Assembly: GCA_000708835.1 (NCBI GenBank)
Contig: DF237051.1
Location: 1 to 64,000, forward strand
Direction: 5' to 3'
Length of the DNA: 64,000 nucleotides
Source of the DNA: Klebsormidium nitens
Lineage: Eukaryota > Plantae > Klebsormidiophyceae
A program made the position numbers and the translations under genes. Positions 23,457-36,254 of this stretch are shown here, one piece after another. Within the stretch, counting starts at the first letter, position 1, and the number at the start of each line of letters is the position of its first letter. The notes under the pieces are model-generated. The model did no database searches. It was not told the origin of the DNA and saw only the letters and a list, made by a program, of their open reading frames with translations.

Positions 23457-26400
23457 TCACTTCTCTACAATTCGGCGTAACCCGTTTTCGCTCTGCACCA
23501 TTCTGCCCACTTCGCACGCGTCCCGGAACGCGCAGAACCGGCACTTCCACCGCTCGTCCTCGGGGACTACCTCCGGGCGCCTGCGGCCGAACCAGTAGTC
23601 TAGGTGCCAGGCTACCCGCTCTCGGGCCCACTCATCCTGGAAGTCGAACTCGTCCTCCGCCCAAACGGTGCGCCGCTCCTGCCACTCATATCTGCAAAAA
23701 GATTCAAAGTGGATTTACACAACTCGTATCTTTCTTCGACGTTGCTGAAAATGGTCTGGCGCAAGCGTTGCGGATGCCCGAGAAGGAAGATGCATTTTCC
23801 AACGTCACACGGTGCGCCGCTCCTGCCATTCGTACCTGGCACGACGCCAAAATAAGGTTCATTTCATTGGTATTTTCTTCAACGTTGCTGCAAGTGACGT
23901 GGCGGAAGCCTTGCGGATTCTCGACGGAGGGTACATTCTCCAGCGTCGCTGACGCAAGCCTTGCGCATCCACACGTAAGAAAGATTTTATCTGGAACTCG
24001 TTGGAGTAGGATTGAGGAACGCGACGGGTGATAACGTGCGAGACTTGATGGACCTCAACGGCTCAGACACATTCTCCTTCTTTCCTAGCTGCAGATGGTG
24101 AAGCTTCAGATTGAAAAGTACCGAAAGTCGACTCTGACCGAAAGTATTAATGACACCATCAGCTAGCCCAAATGTTAAAGTGGATCGTGAATGACGCAAT
24201 TATCCGCAAGCAGCGGGGAGTTTCTGGAGTGGGCATACGCGAAGACAAGCTCGGATGAGGCCGGACCTTCGGACGTCGGAAAATTGATCGACTCCCTTGA
24301 CTATAAGAGGCGTCATCCGTAGAAGCGGACCAGTGGTGGTGGAGCAAAAAGGGCAACACGAAACGGCTGAACACCTGCGACATGGGAAGAGAAAAGAAAG
24401 GCGAAAGCGAAGTGCTTTGGCTTATCTGACGAGCGTGAGAAGATCACGGGAGCAGGACAGAACGATCGGAACAAAACAGCGCCGAATCGTTACCTGAGCA
24501 ACAAAGTGTCGTCAGCCGGGGGCGTGTCCCAGCACTCCGCGACCAGGCCGTCCAGCACGTCACCCAACGTTGCCACGTTGAGGGCGCACTCGGCGGCCGC
24601 GTGCTCGGCGACGTCAGCCGAGAGGGGCGCGCGCGCATTCAGCGCGAAGTGACCGAAGAAGGCCTCGGCCGGGAAGGGAGCTGCCGAGAGAAGCCCGTCG
24701 AACAGAAGCTTGTAGCACATAAGCTGGAGCCTGCAAAGAGGGCCAATCAGGCATCTCTCGTCAACGTGTCGAGGGCGGCACGTCTCCTAGTCAAACGGTA
24801 TTCGTGTCCCATTCAGAATTGGTACATCAAGAAATTTGCTAAATAAAAGCAAAGAATTCAAGAGGAGCGACGAGTGGAGATTTCATTTCCCAGATCCAAG
24901 AACGCGCTTGGCACATCTACTGAAATTTCCAAAACAGAAAGTCTGACAGATGCCAAAACTTCATCCAAGTTGTTAGAACTGTCCGACGTTAGTTAGCGAA
25001 AGCCAGGGTCATGCGACTTGGCAATAACAGCTACAAATCTGAGATTGGCTTCTTAAAGAGGGCACTCAGATCACGGCAAGCGTCAAACGAGCTGAAGTAA
25101 TCAACAATCATCAACGTTTCGGCGGTTGTCATTTGGTTGTTTCTCTCGCCTTCCAATCTGGCGTCTGCCTTGCTTAGAGGACCCCAGAACTCAAAGCACA
25201 GGCGCGCCTTTGGAAAGGAAACTAAACGCACCTTCGTTTGCATGAATCCATAACGTCAATCCTGTTCGTGGAGGAACTGGACATTCGCTCCTACTTCTGC
25301 AACTTAAAATCTTCCTTTCGGTAAGCATGCTACATATGATTCAGGATGTTAGAACGACATTATCGTTTCCGATCGTCGACCCTGACTCGAAGCAAAAGTG
25401 CATTCGCTTGCTTAGGCCTCTGACCTCGTAACCTGAATCCAGAGCCACAGAAATTTCTCTGATAACGTCAAACACGGCAGAGCAGCCCCAACGAGCGAAT
25501 ATTGATGAGGAAGACCCAGCTCCACTCACATGCCAGTCCGTTTTTGGGCATCGGACGGCGGCTTGAGCGTCCGGCGCGTTTTCGTATCGCACAGCAGCGT
25601 CCGCGGGCCCCCGTCTCGCTCGATCAGCCGCAGCTCGTCGATGATGCCCACGACCCAGTGACCCTCTAGGCGGCCAAGTCTGCCAGAAAAATGCGGAAGC
25701 TTAGAGAAACTCAAAGCAAGTGGGAGTAGGTGCAGAAGCGCGGGAATCTTTAGAGGTTAAAGCGGTTTCAGTGTTCGCGGGCCCCCGTCTCGCTCGACCA
25801 GCCGCAGCTCGTCGACGATGCCCACGACCCAGTGACCCTCTAGGCGGCCAAGTCTGCGGGGAAAATGGGAAGCTTAAAGAAACTCANNNNNNNNNNNNNN
25901 NNNNNNNNNNNNNNNNNNNNNNNNNNNNNNNNNNNNNNNNNNNNNNNNNNNNNNNNNNNNNNNNNNNNNNNNNNNNNNNNNNNNNNNNNNNNNNNNNNNN
26001 NNNNNNNNNNNNNNNNNNNNNNNNNNNNNNNNNNNNNNNNNNNNNNNNNNNNNNNNNNNNNNNNNNNNNNNNNNNNNNNNNNNNNNNNNNNNNNNNNNNN
26101 NNNNNNNNNNNNNNNNNNNNNNNNNNNNNNNNNNNNNNNNNNNNNNNNNNNNNNNNNNNNNNNNNNNNNNNNNNNNNNNNNNNNNNNNNNNNNNNNNNNN
26201 NNNNNNNNNNNNNNNNNNNNNNNNNNNNNNNNNNNNNNNNNNNNNNNNNNNNNNNNNNNNNNNNNNNNNNNNNNNNNNNNNNNNNNNNNNNNNNNNNNNN
26301 NNNNNNNNNNNNNNNNNNNNNNNNNNNNNNNNNNNNNNNNNNNNNNNNNNNNNNNNNNNNNNNNNNNNNNNNNNNNNNNNNNNNNNNNNNNNNNNNNNNN

Positions 26401-29400
26401 NNNNNNNNNNNNNNNNNNNNNNNNNNNNNNNNNNNGCTTAAAGAAACTCAAAGCAAGTGGGAGTAGGTGCAGAAGCGCGGGAATCTTTAGAAGTTAAAGC
26501 GGTTTTAGTGTTCGCGAGCCCCCGTCTCGCTCGACCAGCCGCAGCTCATCGATGATGCCACGATCCAGTGACCCTCGAAGCGGCCTAGTCTGCGAGTAGA
26601 AAAGAAGCTTGAGAGAAGGTGAAGCGACCTTCTTGAAGGTGAGCAAGTTCGAGAAGATGGAGAGCTTTAAAGGAAAAGGCGGAACTCGAAACCAGTCGCT
26701 GTGCCTTCTCTCTTCTTGTGTTTCCAAACGATATTCCGACAAGAACGCTGACATGTTTGACTGCTCTCTAACTCAGAACTCATGGAAAAGCAAAGAGCCT
26801 CAACCTTGATATTGGACAATCTTGTCAGCAGCTTGTGCTCACATGTACAGTTCCCGGGTCATCCCCTCGGTTGCCAGCTGGCGCAGCCCGGTGATCATGT
26901 TCAGCAGCTTCAGCGCCCAGGCGTCCTCCCGGGTGGCGACCGGGACTTCCACCCGGGTGATCACCTCCCGCTCTAGTTGCTCGTGCCGGGCAGTCCCGGC
27001 CTGCATTACCGGGGTCGGAGCGGGCTTGCCCACCTGCAACAGAACAAGATTCGCAATTTGCTCGTATGGATGCCGTTTCTATTTCGGTTACATGAAAACC
27101 GCCATTCTGATCACAGTTTGTAGGACTTACAGGTCGCTCTTGTCTTCGGTTCGCCCCTGGAGTGTGCCCACTTAGTCTCCACCAGCGTTGCCTCGTAATT
27201 CACGACATCCTTCCTTCACCAATAGAACAGTCCATTGCGGTTGGGATTTGATGGAAGCGACGGTTCAAGCCGTCACAAGGAAGATTCGCTTCTGGTGAAG
27301 CACCTGCTTCTTCGTTCTGAAACACGCATCTGCCTTCCTAGGACGTTTCACCACTGATTGCTCAGCAGACCTGAATCGATTGCCCAGACACGTATCTGAA
27401 AACCCAAAACAACAGTCCAAACCCGTATCCAAAACCCCCGAGATTCTCTTCTCCCGGTGCTGAAGTCCACTTGCATCTTGCACCACTCGAGCGTGCAAAT
27501 CAGACCCGTCTTTAATATCGAAGCTGAAAGGCCAAACCCGTTTTTGTAACCTCAAACTGGAAGGCCAGACCCGTATCTGCAAACCCCTCACCCTGGTGCT
27601 GAAGTCCACCTGCATCCCGCACCACTTGAGTGCTCAACCTAGACCCATATCTCATGATGGTAGCTGAAAGCCCAAACCCGTGTCTGGAAACCCAAAATGA
27701 TAGTCCAAACCCGATTCCGGAACCCAAAAACCCCTTACCCTGGTACTGAAGTCCACTTGCATTTCGCACCACTCGAGTGCGCACACGTCAGTGACCGACA
27801 TCCGGCCCCTCCGGCGCCTCTCCCCCAACTTCCGCCGCCACTGGGCTTCCGCCACTTCTGCCTCAGACGTACTTGGCACCGCACACACGGTTTGCTCGAG
27901 GTTTCTCTCCGTTACCCAAACCTCGACTGCCGGGCTTGAGGGAGTGGGGAGAGTTGTCGCCTCGAGTTGATTGGGCGCACTTTCTGACGGCTCTGCGAAC
28001 AGTGCCTGCTCTACTAGCCCCTCAATGACTGTCACCTCAGTCAGTGCGTTTGAGGAAGAGAGTTCTCGATCCAACTGGGTGGGGAAGGTTTCCGAGGGTT
28101 TGATGGCTCTGTGGGCCTTCTGAGGGGACTCGGGGGATCCCCCAGGGGAGGGTTCGGGGGATGCCCCGAGGAAGGGCACCGTGGTGGGCAGGTCTTCGAT
28201 GTCTGCCAGCAGCGCCGCGCACATTTCGTCGATGGCGTCTAGAGAAAGTTCTGCGGGTCTGCCCAAATCAGGAGCTACTTCTAACCCTACTGCTAGATTT
28301 GACGGGGTAAGTGCTGGGGCTGTGGTCATCTTGGATATTGGTTTCTGTAAGGGACTGGACACGAGGGTCCGCTCGGACAGAGGAACGCTGGCGTCGATCT
28401 CAGATTCCGTAAGAAGGTCTGGTTCCTTTGAAGAACAATTGAACTGGGTTTTGTCCATAGCAAACACGGCTGCTTTCTCCTTAGGTGAGCACGAGCCCAC
28501 AAAGGGGGGTTTGGACGCAAGCAACTCTGAAGGCGCGTTTTCTGTGGGGGCACAAACCAAAAGATCGGCGGCGACCCCCCTCGATGCCGAAATCGGAAGG
28601 GGGGCGTTTTGGAGGTGTGTGGCCATTGTCTCTACACTCATCTCTTCCTGCATTCGCGTGTCTGGCTCCCTAGGACCTCCTAAAGCTGAACCGGCTGACC
28701 TATCAACCGGCACCTGCGTGTCCAGTACAGTGCTGAGTCCTGCCTCCATTGCACCTGGGTCAATGGACCCCTTTGCGCCCGCATAAGAAGCGGGCCCGTT
28801 CGTGCCCTCCTGAGCCCCAATTCCGCTTTCGGGCTCATTTCTACAGTGTTGCAACCCTCTACTCAAGCTGAGCCCAATCCCTGTTGCTTGATGTGTTCGG
28901 GGGGGCTCGTGGGCATCTTGTAAGAACTCCCCAGGGGACAGCATCCTTGGTTCTTGAATGTCATGCCCTGCATGTTTGCTGTCTAACCCATTCATCGAAG
29001 GGCCCCCATTTCCAAAAGCATTGGGACCGCTGGCGGTGGTGACATTGCCCTGTTCCTGTTCTCCCCCTCTTCCGCAAAACCCTGCTTCGCAATCGTCGTT
29101 CTTCAACAAGTCGATACAACCTTCTACACCGTCCGCCGCTGGCAAACCCTCCGCCGCCACCCGTCCTTCCTCTGGCGCCGCCACCTGTCCCCCCTGCTCT
29201 ACAGCCACCTGCCGCTCTGCCGCAGAATCTGATCTCTCCTCTACCACTTTTGCTGGAGAGCTCAACTCTTCATCCTTGGACGACCGCTTCTTGAGCGACG
29301 GCGTAAAGTACGCCGAGATCCTTCTCTGCCCATCTCTAGTTTCTGGAGCCGCTCCATCTTCAGAACTCTCCGGATTCTCTGTCTCGCTGAGGGACGCCCT

Positions 29401-29832
29401 TTTCGCGAGACTGCCGGCCAGCTTCTTCACGGCAGCAAACGACTCCCTCCCCCCCCTTTTTCCCAGCCTGCCCGCCTTGCCCTTCGGCCTTCCCCCCGGG
29501 GAGCTTTGATTTTGGCGCTTTGAGGGTGTGAGTGCCTGCCTACGGCTGACATCAGCAAGACCACCGCCAGCCAAAGTCCGGGATATGGGCGCCTCATCTA
29601 TGACTTTCTGTGCTGCAAAGGCATTCTGATTGCTAGCTGGCACAAGCCGACCAATGGACGCTTCAAATTCCTGGACACTTGCGTCCACCTGCTGAGTGTC
29701 GAGCAGTGCGTTTAGTTCCAAAGAAGGCGATGGTTTTGGGATGGCCAGCCTCCGTATGATCCTCTTAGGCGTAAGCGGGGACGCTGGACTTATTCCGGCC
29801 CCAATTGTGGACGCCTCAGGCATGGAGTCCAT
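23457..29832 (-). CDS. EXO5: Exonuclease V (EXO5/DEM1 family, 4Fe-4S), 968 aa with long low-complexity N-terminus; exons 29832-27739, 27033-26843, 25679-25530, 24730-24494, 23691-23457
   Basis: MSVTDVCALEWCEMQ, AGTARHEQLERE, WALKLLNMITGL..TRELYILG, WVVGIIDEL, DTKTR..QKRTGMLQLMCYK, DYWFGRR..RWKCRFCAFRDAC (cluster cysteines). Exon lengths sum to 2907 nt with consistent phases. Confidence 0.93.
23808..23935 (-). repeat. Intronic echo of the acceptor and start of EXO5 last exon (spacing 144 bp)
   Basis: CAG|GTACGAATGGCAGGAGCGGCGCACCGTG (23835) versus CAG|ATATGAGTGGCAGGAGCGGCGCACCGTT (23691). Flanking intron text (ttcttcgacgttgctg / ttcttcaacgttgctg) is duplicated too. Confidence 0.88.
25600..26600 (-). 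repeat. Tandem array, 174-bp unit = intron end + acceptor + first ~80 nt of EXO5 exon 3; at least 3 copies visible, interrupted by a gap
   Basis: Acceptor/exon-start copies begin at 25679 and 25853, with a more diverged copy near 26585. The same unit text flanks both sides of the N run. Confidence 0.92.
25887..26435. other. Assembly gap (549 N) inside the 174-bp array
   Basis: Run of N flanked by gctta(a/g)agaaactca repeat text. Confidence 0.99.
27385..27790 (-). repeat. Three degenerate ~140-147-bp units carrying the 3' end and donor of EXO5 exon 1
   Basis: GTGGACTTCAG(T/C)ACC(A/G)GG ends at 27739 (GTAAGG), 27592 (GTGAGG) and 27453 (donor lost). Interspersed AAACCCGT-type subrepeats. Confidence 0.88.
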
Positions 29833-31490
29833 TGCCACCAAATATTATCAGAATCTACAACTCTGTAGATGCCATAAGTTGCTCTGGACCTCCATTCCTT
29901 CTCCTCCACAACCGGTTTACCACGTTCTGAAATTTCTCATCGTTCTACACAGAATTCTAGCGCCAGAACGCCGTTCAGGAGAAAAACTTGATTGCGGAAG
30001 CAGAACTGCCAGAATTGTGCACTGGCCAGCTTGCCACGCAGAACTCTCCCCGGCTCTCGCGAGCTTCACCTCCTGGGGCCTTGCGAGGGGGCCTTGCGCT
30101 GCTGCGTAGCTTGGCCGGAAAAGAGCGAAAAGGCCGTCTTCAGAAGTCATCCTCCTTCTCAGCAAGGCCTTAACCTAATTACCGCCATGTCCGCTAGATT
30201 CCCGGGGCCCGGGTCCGGGGGCCGGGGCAGTGTTCGCTTCAAAGTTGTTGCTCAGCTCACGTTGCTCAGCTAGACCTCCATGCATGGAGGCCCAGGTCCA
30301 GGGGGGCGATTTGCGACGATGCTGGGCGTGCGTTTCAGCAGGGGAGAGGCGCTACCCTCAAACTTCACATCACAGCATTGCATTACAATACCTGCACTCA
30401 CCACGTGCAGCGCTGCCCGTCGAGAAGCTGATCGCGGCCATGATGGGCACTGCGCAAGTTTCCCCCATCAGACGATTCCGCACCCCACTCCGCATTCTTT
30501 CTTGCTGCATATAAGCATGTCTGGTGTGCATTAGGGTTCTGCCTAGAGTTTTTCCGAGTGGCAGTGGTGTCAGCTATGCCCATCGGAGGGCTCTGCTGGA
30601 TCTTGACCCCAGTCAAGATCTCGCTATCCCCTCAAGCCTGGGCAGCGTAGCGGGGCTTGTGCAAGTACGCTGTGCAATGGTGAGAATGTCGTGACTTCCT
30701 TTTCCTTGTGTTGACCCGCGCTGGTTTGAGAAGGTGGTCGCTTTGGTAGTTCGTGACAGATTAAACTGGCGCACTCTGGTCCACTGGCGGAGGAGAAAGG
30801 GTCACAGGGGGCCACCGGGGTTGAGCTCTCAAATCCAAGTCCGCTCTTCGGTGTTGCCTGACCAGTTGCAGGATAAGGTACTACCTAAATTCCCCACTTG
30901 AGACACAATCTGGCGAATGTGTTGCACCACAATGTGCAACAGAGTTGGACTATGTGGCTGCCACCTGTCTGAACATCTTTTCTGTCGTTTCCTTCTTCCC
31001 CCAAAGTAGCTCCCGACTCTTCTTGTTAAGTCAGCTTGGTTGTTGGACAACACTGGCCCTTCAAACTAGACAGCTGTTCAAGCATGGAGCCCATGCCTTG
31101 AGAAGGTTATCTTTCCACTCGCATGCCCTCTCACCTATGCCCAAGCAAGCTGTTGGCTTCTCTGAAGTGGGCTGATCTCCCGGAAGTGAGCATGCAAATT
31201 CGACGTTGCTTGTAGCTCGCTGTTTTCATTTGCACAAACAAAACTGACCACCACCATAATCACAACCATTGACAGGTTGCGCCTCTCTTACTCGAAGTGG
31301 GGCAACTTACACCTCAGACCGTATGTGACCCCAAGACGATGCAGGCAACTCCGCACTGGCTTCTTCATGCCACATTGCGTATGCCTTTCTGTCCAACGCG
31401 CGTCTGTCCTGCTAATCGCCTCATCTCCCTGCTGACATCAGCAAAGCTTACGACAGCGACTCTCTTGCTGACCTTATCAACCCTGCGCAG

Positions 31491-34400
31491 GCCTCTTCAT
31501 TTCGAACCGCACGCTGCCCAGCCTGCTCTCCAGCGAGGGCTGCCTGCTGGGCTGCGCTTTGCTGCCGACTCTAGTTACATCGAACCTGCTCAAGTACACC
31601 TTCGATCAACGGCTGAAATCGGTCACCACCACTGTGGGGCAGATTGTTGTGAAGGCGATTGTGCAGAGCGATACGAGCCAGCCTTTCTCGTGTCTGATTG
31701 AGACCTCAGCGCAGGTAAGTGGCGCTATATCTTTCTGTATTGGGTGGGCTTAGTGAACGCTTTGTTTGGGTGTCGTCCACATGTCGAAGAAACATGGCGA
31801 GAAAGCTGGTTATCTCAACCCAGACAAGATCGACGATGTTTGCTGCCTGTATGGGCATCCGTCCACAAGTTGAGAAGATTCTTTGTGGTCTTTCTGGAAG
31901 CTACGCGACTTTAGATGAGGTTAAAACGCGCTTGCTTCTTTAGGACCAAAAATCCATGATGCCCGCTGGAAGAGTGACGCCCACCAAAAACAACTTCTCC
32001 TGGTCTCATTATTGGTCCCCCGACCTGAAACTTGAAGGTGACAAAGAGAAACGGACTTTCGAGTTCCACGCCATTTGCTGGGCGGGCGCAAGGATACTTC
32101 GCATCAGTGCAAAAAGAACGAACCACCTTTTCAACAGGATGACAACTCGGCCAAGACACCATGCGGTTTCTTGCTTTCCTGCTGTATACATCAGACAATC
32201 ATTGTCGAGAAACCTTCAAGTGAAGACAATAAAAGGGGCCTACCAACACCGAGTTCAAGTAAGGCATGAATCAACCTACGGCGACTTTAGAATCCGCTCG
32301 GCATGCATATAGCTCGTCTGCTATACGCATGCCGACCAGCGCAGCCGTGAGGCTCTTCCCAAGGGACCATCCCAGAAGGGGCGTGCTATTGAAGAAGCCT
32401 GGCGTAGCGTTCAGCGACGACTTTGCCGTGCGCTAGAAGGCATTAAGTGGTACTTTCCAATGATGAGTTGGAATTAGTACGCGGTTAATGACGATGACAA
32501 AACGCGTGTGATGCGAACAATGTCAGATAGTAGTCGATATGAAGGAGACCAGCACATGGACATTAACGAGCCCCACTGGAGTCTACCCTCTGTCAGCTCA
32601 TCATTCTGTCAGCTCGTATAGCTCGCATGCGTATAGCTCGCTGACAGAGGCAACGACGTCATCCGCTTTCTTCAGATCTTCGCCCGCCTTCTCCGGGCGT
32701 TTCTTCTTATCTTCTACGTATTCTTTGTTTCTTGTCCGTTACTTACTGTGTCGTTTCCGACATTCTGACTTCCTCGTTCTTCGACGTTGATTGGGTCTAG
32801 CGCTTCCAGTTCCGACTGGAGACGCCCTGGTGTCACACGCCCTGTTTATTCCCTCCGCATAGTCTCCTTGGAGACCCGAGTCGACCCGTCCGCTTACTTG
32901 ACAAGGTAAGACTTTTGTTAACGTTCTGTTTTCACGGTCACAACACCGTAATCCTTTTTTTTACGAGCGAGATGGGAAATTTGCTTTTCCTAGAATGAAT
33001 ATACCTGCACTCGGCTGTCCAACAACCATTTTCCGACCCATTCGCTTTGCGTCTCGCAGGCGCCATGAAGCTGACACATCCAACCCCCCTCCCGGAGCCC
33101 CACTGAAGTGATGTCCCGAAACTTCACCGTCGAAGATTTGCTCCAGCAACTGAGCGGCATCCAGTGGACGGAGGTTTATCTACGGGGCACCGACGCGACA
33201 GAGATCAGGATTGGGCTGGCGCAGAATGATACGGAGGCGTTTGTGGCGGAACATCCGCAGGCCATGCCCGCAGGTGAGGGCGATTCCTGGCCTGTGCGAA
33301 CTTTGTGAATACTAGGAAGCGGTTGGCAGTGACCGTGAAAGAGTGGCGGCTAGGCAGGGCGCTTTACTTTCTCAGTCACGATCTTACAATCATTACATCA
33401 TTCTGCCGGGAAGATCAAAATCAGTAAAATAAATCTAGTCATTCGCCCCGCTCACGGCCCACCCTGATGCTGACGCAGACCCCACCCGTCCCCCGAGCTT
33501 GATGAGGCAGACTCAAATCGCTTCAGCGCTGTTGCGTGGAATCGAAGCGGCGTATTGATGGTATCTCGATCTTTTTTGCGAGTGTCTGCATCAGTTATCT
33601 CTTGAGGGGGCCAAGACACAGGGAAGCACCTAAAGCCATGAGGAGCTACTCTTTCGTCCTAAGCTCCTTCCCTATGAAATAACCTGGTCGAACCTAGAGC
33701 TTCGCCGCGGCTGCTTCCCTTGAGCACCATGATCTGTATAAGCTACTGCGGCGTCATAAGCTTTCCCCTTGTGCAGGCACCCATTCGGACAACAGCACAA
33801 GAAACGTGCAGCTACTCCAAGGGCAACTGCGGCGGAGCTGACGGCGGAAACGACACTGCGAACTGGAGTTACCCGTTCAACCGGCTCTTCAAGCCGCTCG
33901 GCGCGCGCTCGTTCTCGCTCGGCACCGACGGCGTCGGCACGTTTCTCGCCAGCCCTAGTTTCTTCGCGACAGCGCACGACTGGGCGCGGCTCGGAAAGTT
34001 GTATCTGCAGGTAACACTCTTGGTTATTGGTCTGATCCTAGTTCAGTGCATCCTCGAATCGAGATTTGCCACCCACGTTTCGCCACGCAAGCGTTAATAT
34101 GAGAGCCAGGAACGCTCCCCGGCTCTTGGAGCGTTGAACTCTTGCTAGCTTGATATGTTCAATATCTTTCCTCCGACTTCCTCTGTGCGTCCTTTCTTCC
34201 TAGTCCGTAGGCAAGAAATATTGTCCGGTTTGTGGAGCCGTTCACTAACTGCGCGAAGAAGACCAGAATTCAGCAAGGAATGAGTTGAGTGGCAGGGGCG
34301 AAGATCATACTTTGATTAGAATCCGCTCGCGCAAATCAAGGAAATTCAAAGAATTGGAGAGAACATAGACTTCCAGGCTTGCCCTTTTAACCAAACCCCA

Positions 34401-34825
34401 AAAGGAAGATTGACCCCATCACAGAGGGGTGACCTGATAATTTATGCCTCTGCTACGGTCAATCCAATCGAGCCTAACCGTTCGGGTGCAGGACGGGGTG
34501 TGGAACGGCACCAGGATTCTGCCACCTGGCTGTGTGAACTACACACGGACGTCCAGCGAAGCGTCCGCGGACTTTGACTGCGGTCCGGCGTCGCGGGCCA
34601 TCGGGAACTGCGGCCCGTACGGCGCGCTCTGGTGGTTGCGCCCGTTCCGAAACGTGGCGAGCGATAGGCTTTGAAGGGCAGTATATCGTATTGATACCGT
34701 CGCAAGATTTGGTGATCGTGGCGCTCGGCTGGGCGGTGGATGATTTGATGGAGGATCGGTATGCGGGGGCGCTGGTTCACAACGTCAGCGCGGCAATAGC
34801 CGTGTCGGCTGCCCGAGGAGTATAA
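31491..34825 (+). pseudogene. Class-C beta-lactamase-like serine hydrolase, frameshifted; exons 31491-31714 (lower confidence), 32863-32905, 33060-33273, 33777-34010, 34492-34825
   Basis: [85 protein letters not shown] match the family pattern. Frame breaks near 33840 and 34660; no SxxK exon found. Confidence 0.75.
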
Positions 34826-36254
34826 GCTTCGACTCACTTGTACATAGCACGCGTTCATTTGGCTCGTTCAGAAAACTCCCGCTCTTGCAACTTCCAGGCT
34901 AGGAGGTCTTGAAAGATGGCTGCCTTCGGGACCTTGTTAATCTTGATCATCCACCTTTAGGCAAGCTAGTCGTCTACAAAGCAATTTGGCAGTTGCAGGA
35001 ACGTCCCGGCTTGATAGATTGTTGGGAGACCTCAGTTTGCAGCAAAGGCAGACCTTCAAAAACAGCAGTTGTTGCCCCTTGGCGTTAGCGGCCGTTTGTT
35101 CACCATTGTGAGGTGGCATGCAGTCCCGTCAGCGGGGTGCGTCCGAGTAAATAGGCTAGAGGCGAACCAGTGCGTGAAGGACCGTCCTATCGGAAAAGAC
35201 GTTTCGACGAGCAAAGCCACTGAAGGCGCTCTGAGACCCTCCTTGAGTCCTGATCATTGCGCATGCCCGTGGCTGCTACGCAATAGGCGGATGCATACTC
35301 GGTGCATCCACGATGTGTCCCCGCAAAATCAAGTAAGGGAGCACGAGTTCTTCCGGCAGGGCCGGCATGCGAGGCAAAATGACCACGGCCAAATTGTGCA
35401 GACTCAATGCATGAGCCGGAGTCAGGAAGTCCGCGGCATGGCGTTCAAATGCCAGAGACCGGACCCCTATTGTGTACAACGCACAACACTTCTGTAAGTG
35501 TTTCTGGCAGTGATCAACAAGCGTCGATCTCCCTGTGTTCATCATAAGTCCATGCAATTTAGCTGTGTTACCGTTACCAAGCTTCTCTAGAGTCATATAC
35601 TCGTCGGAAGCATGCATTTGTGACTAGCTGCAACGGTACTAAGTATATTTTAACAAGTTGATCGCGAAGCTTTCCATCGCGAGGACGACAAATGAGCAAC
35701 TGTCGATAGAGTGTTGGACTGACTTGTATGCATGAATAGACGTAAGCTATAAGGGTGACTACGCCGGGAAGTTGCCAACATACTTTTACAAATACCTACC
35801 AAGTTCGACGAAAACTTCAATGTACGTCGAAGCTTGCGGAATGCACATGGCAGTGGGCTTGACGAGCACAACACCAGCACAGCTAGGACACCATGACCAA
35901 TCATGCTCATGAATCAGCTCAAAACGCCAAGAGTTCGAAAGTCAGGAGGGACACCATGCACGAACATTCTCGACCTTTTATCTCAATCTGTTATCTGTTA
36001 TCTCAACGTAAGAGCTGAGTGTCACAGCCGGAGTACGTCACGTTTTGCATTTTATAAGTTGCCACGACATATATCTGATATCTGCCCGTTGCAGATAGCC
36101 TTTCTGTTACAGGGTTCACTAACTAATCAATTATGATCCGATGATCACAGGTTTTAAAATCCTCCTCCTCCTTTTGCTACACGCGTGACCATTTACACCA
36201 CGCTCCCACGCGTCTTGGACAGAGGATTTACCGCCGTCCATTGTGCGCACAATT

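Noticed and set aside
25720-26497. Three long ORFs in the track
   Set aside because: Artefacts of the N run.
25600-26600. CRISPR-like interpretation of the array
   Set aside because: Whole 174-bp units repeat with no unique spacers; eukaryotic intron context with no cas genes.
28181-29509. Plus-strand ORFs of 183-201 aa
   Set aside because: Antisense to the long EXO5 exon.
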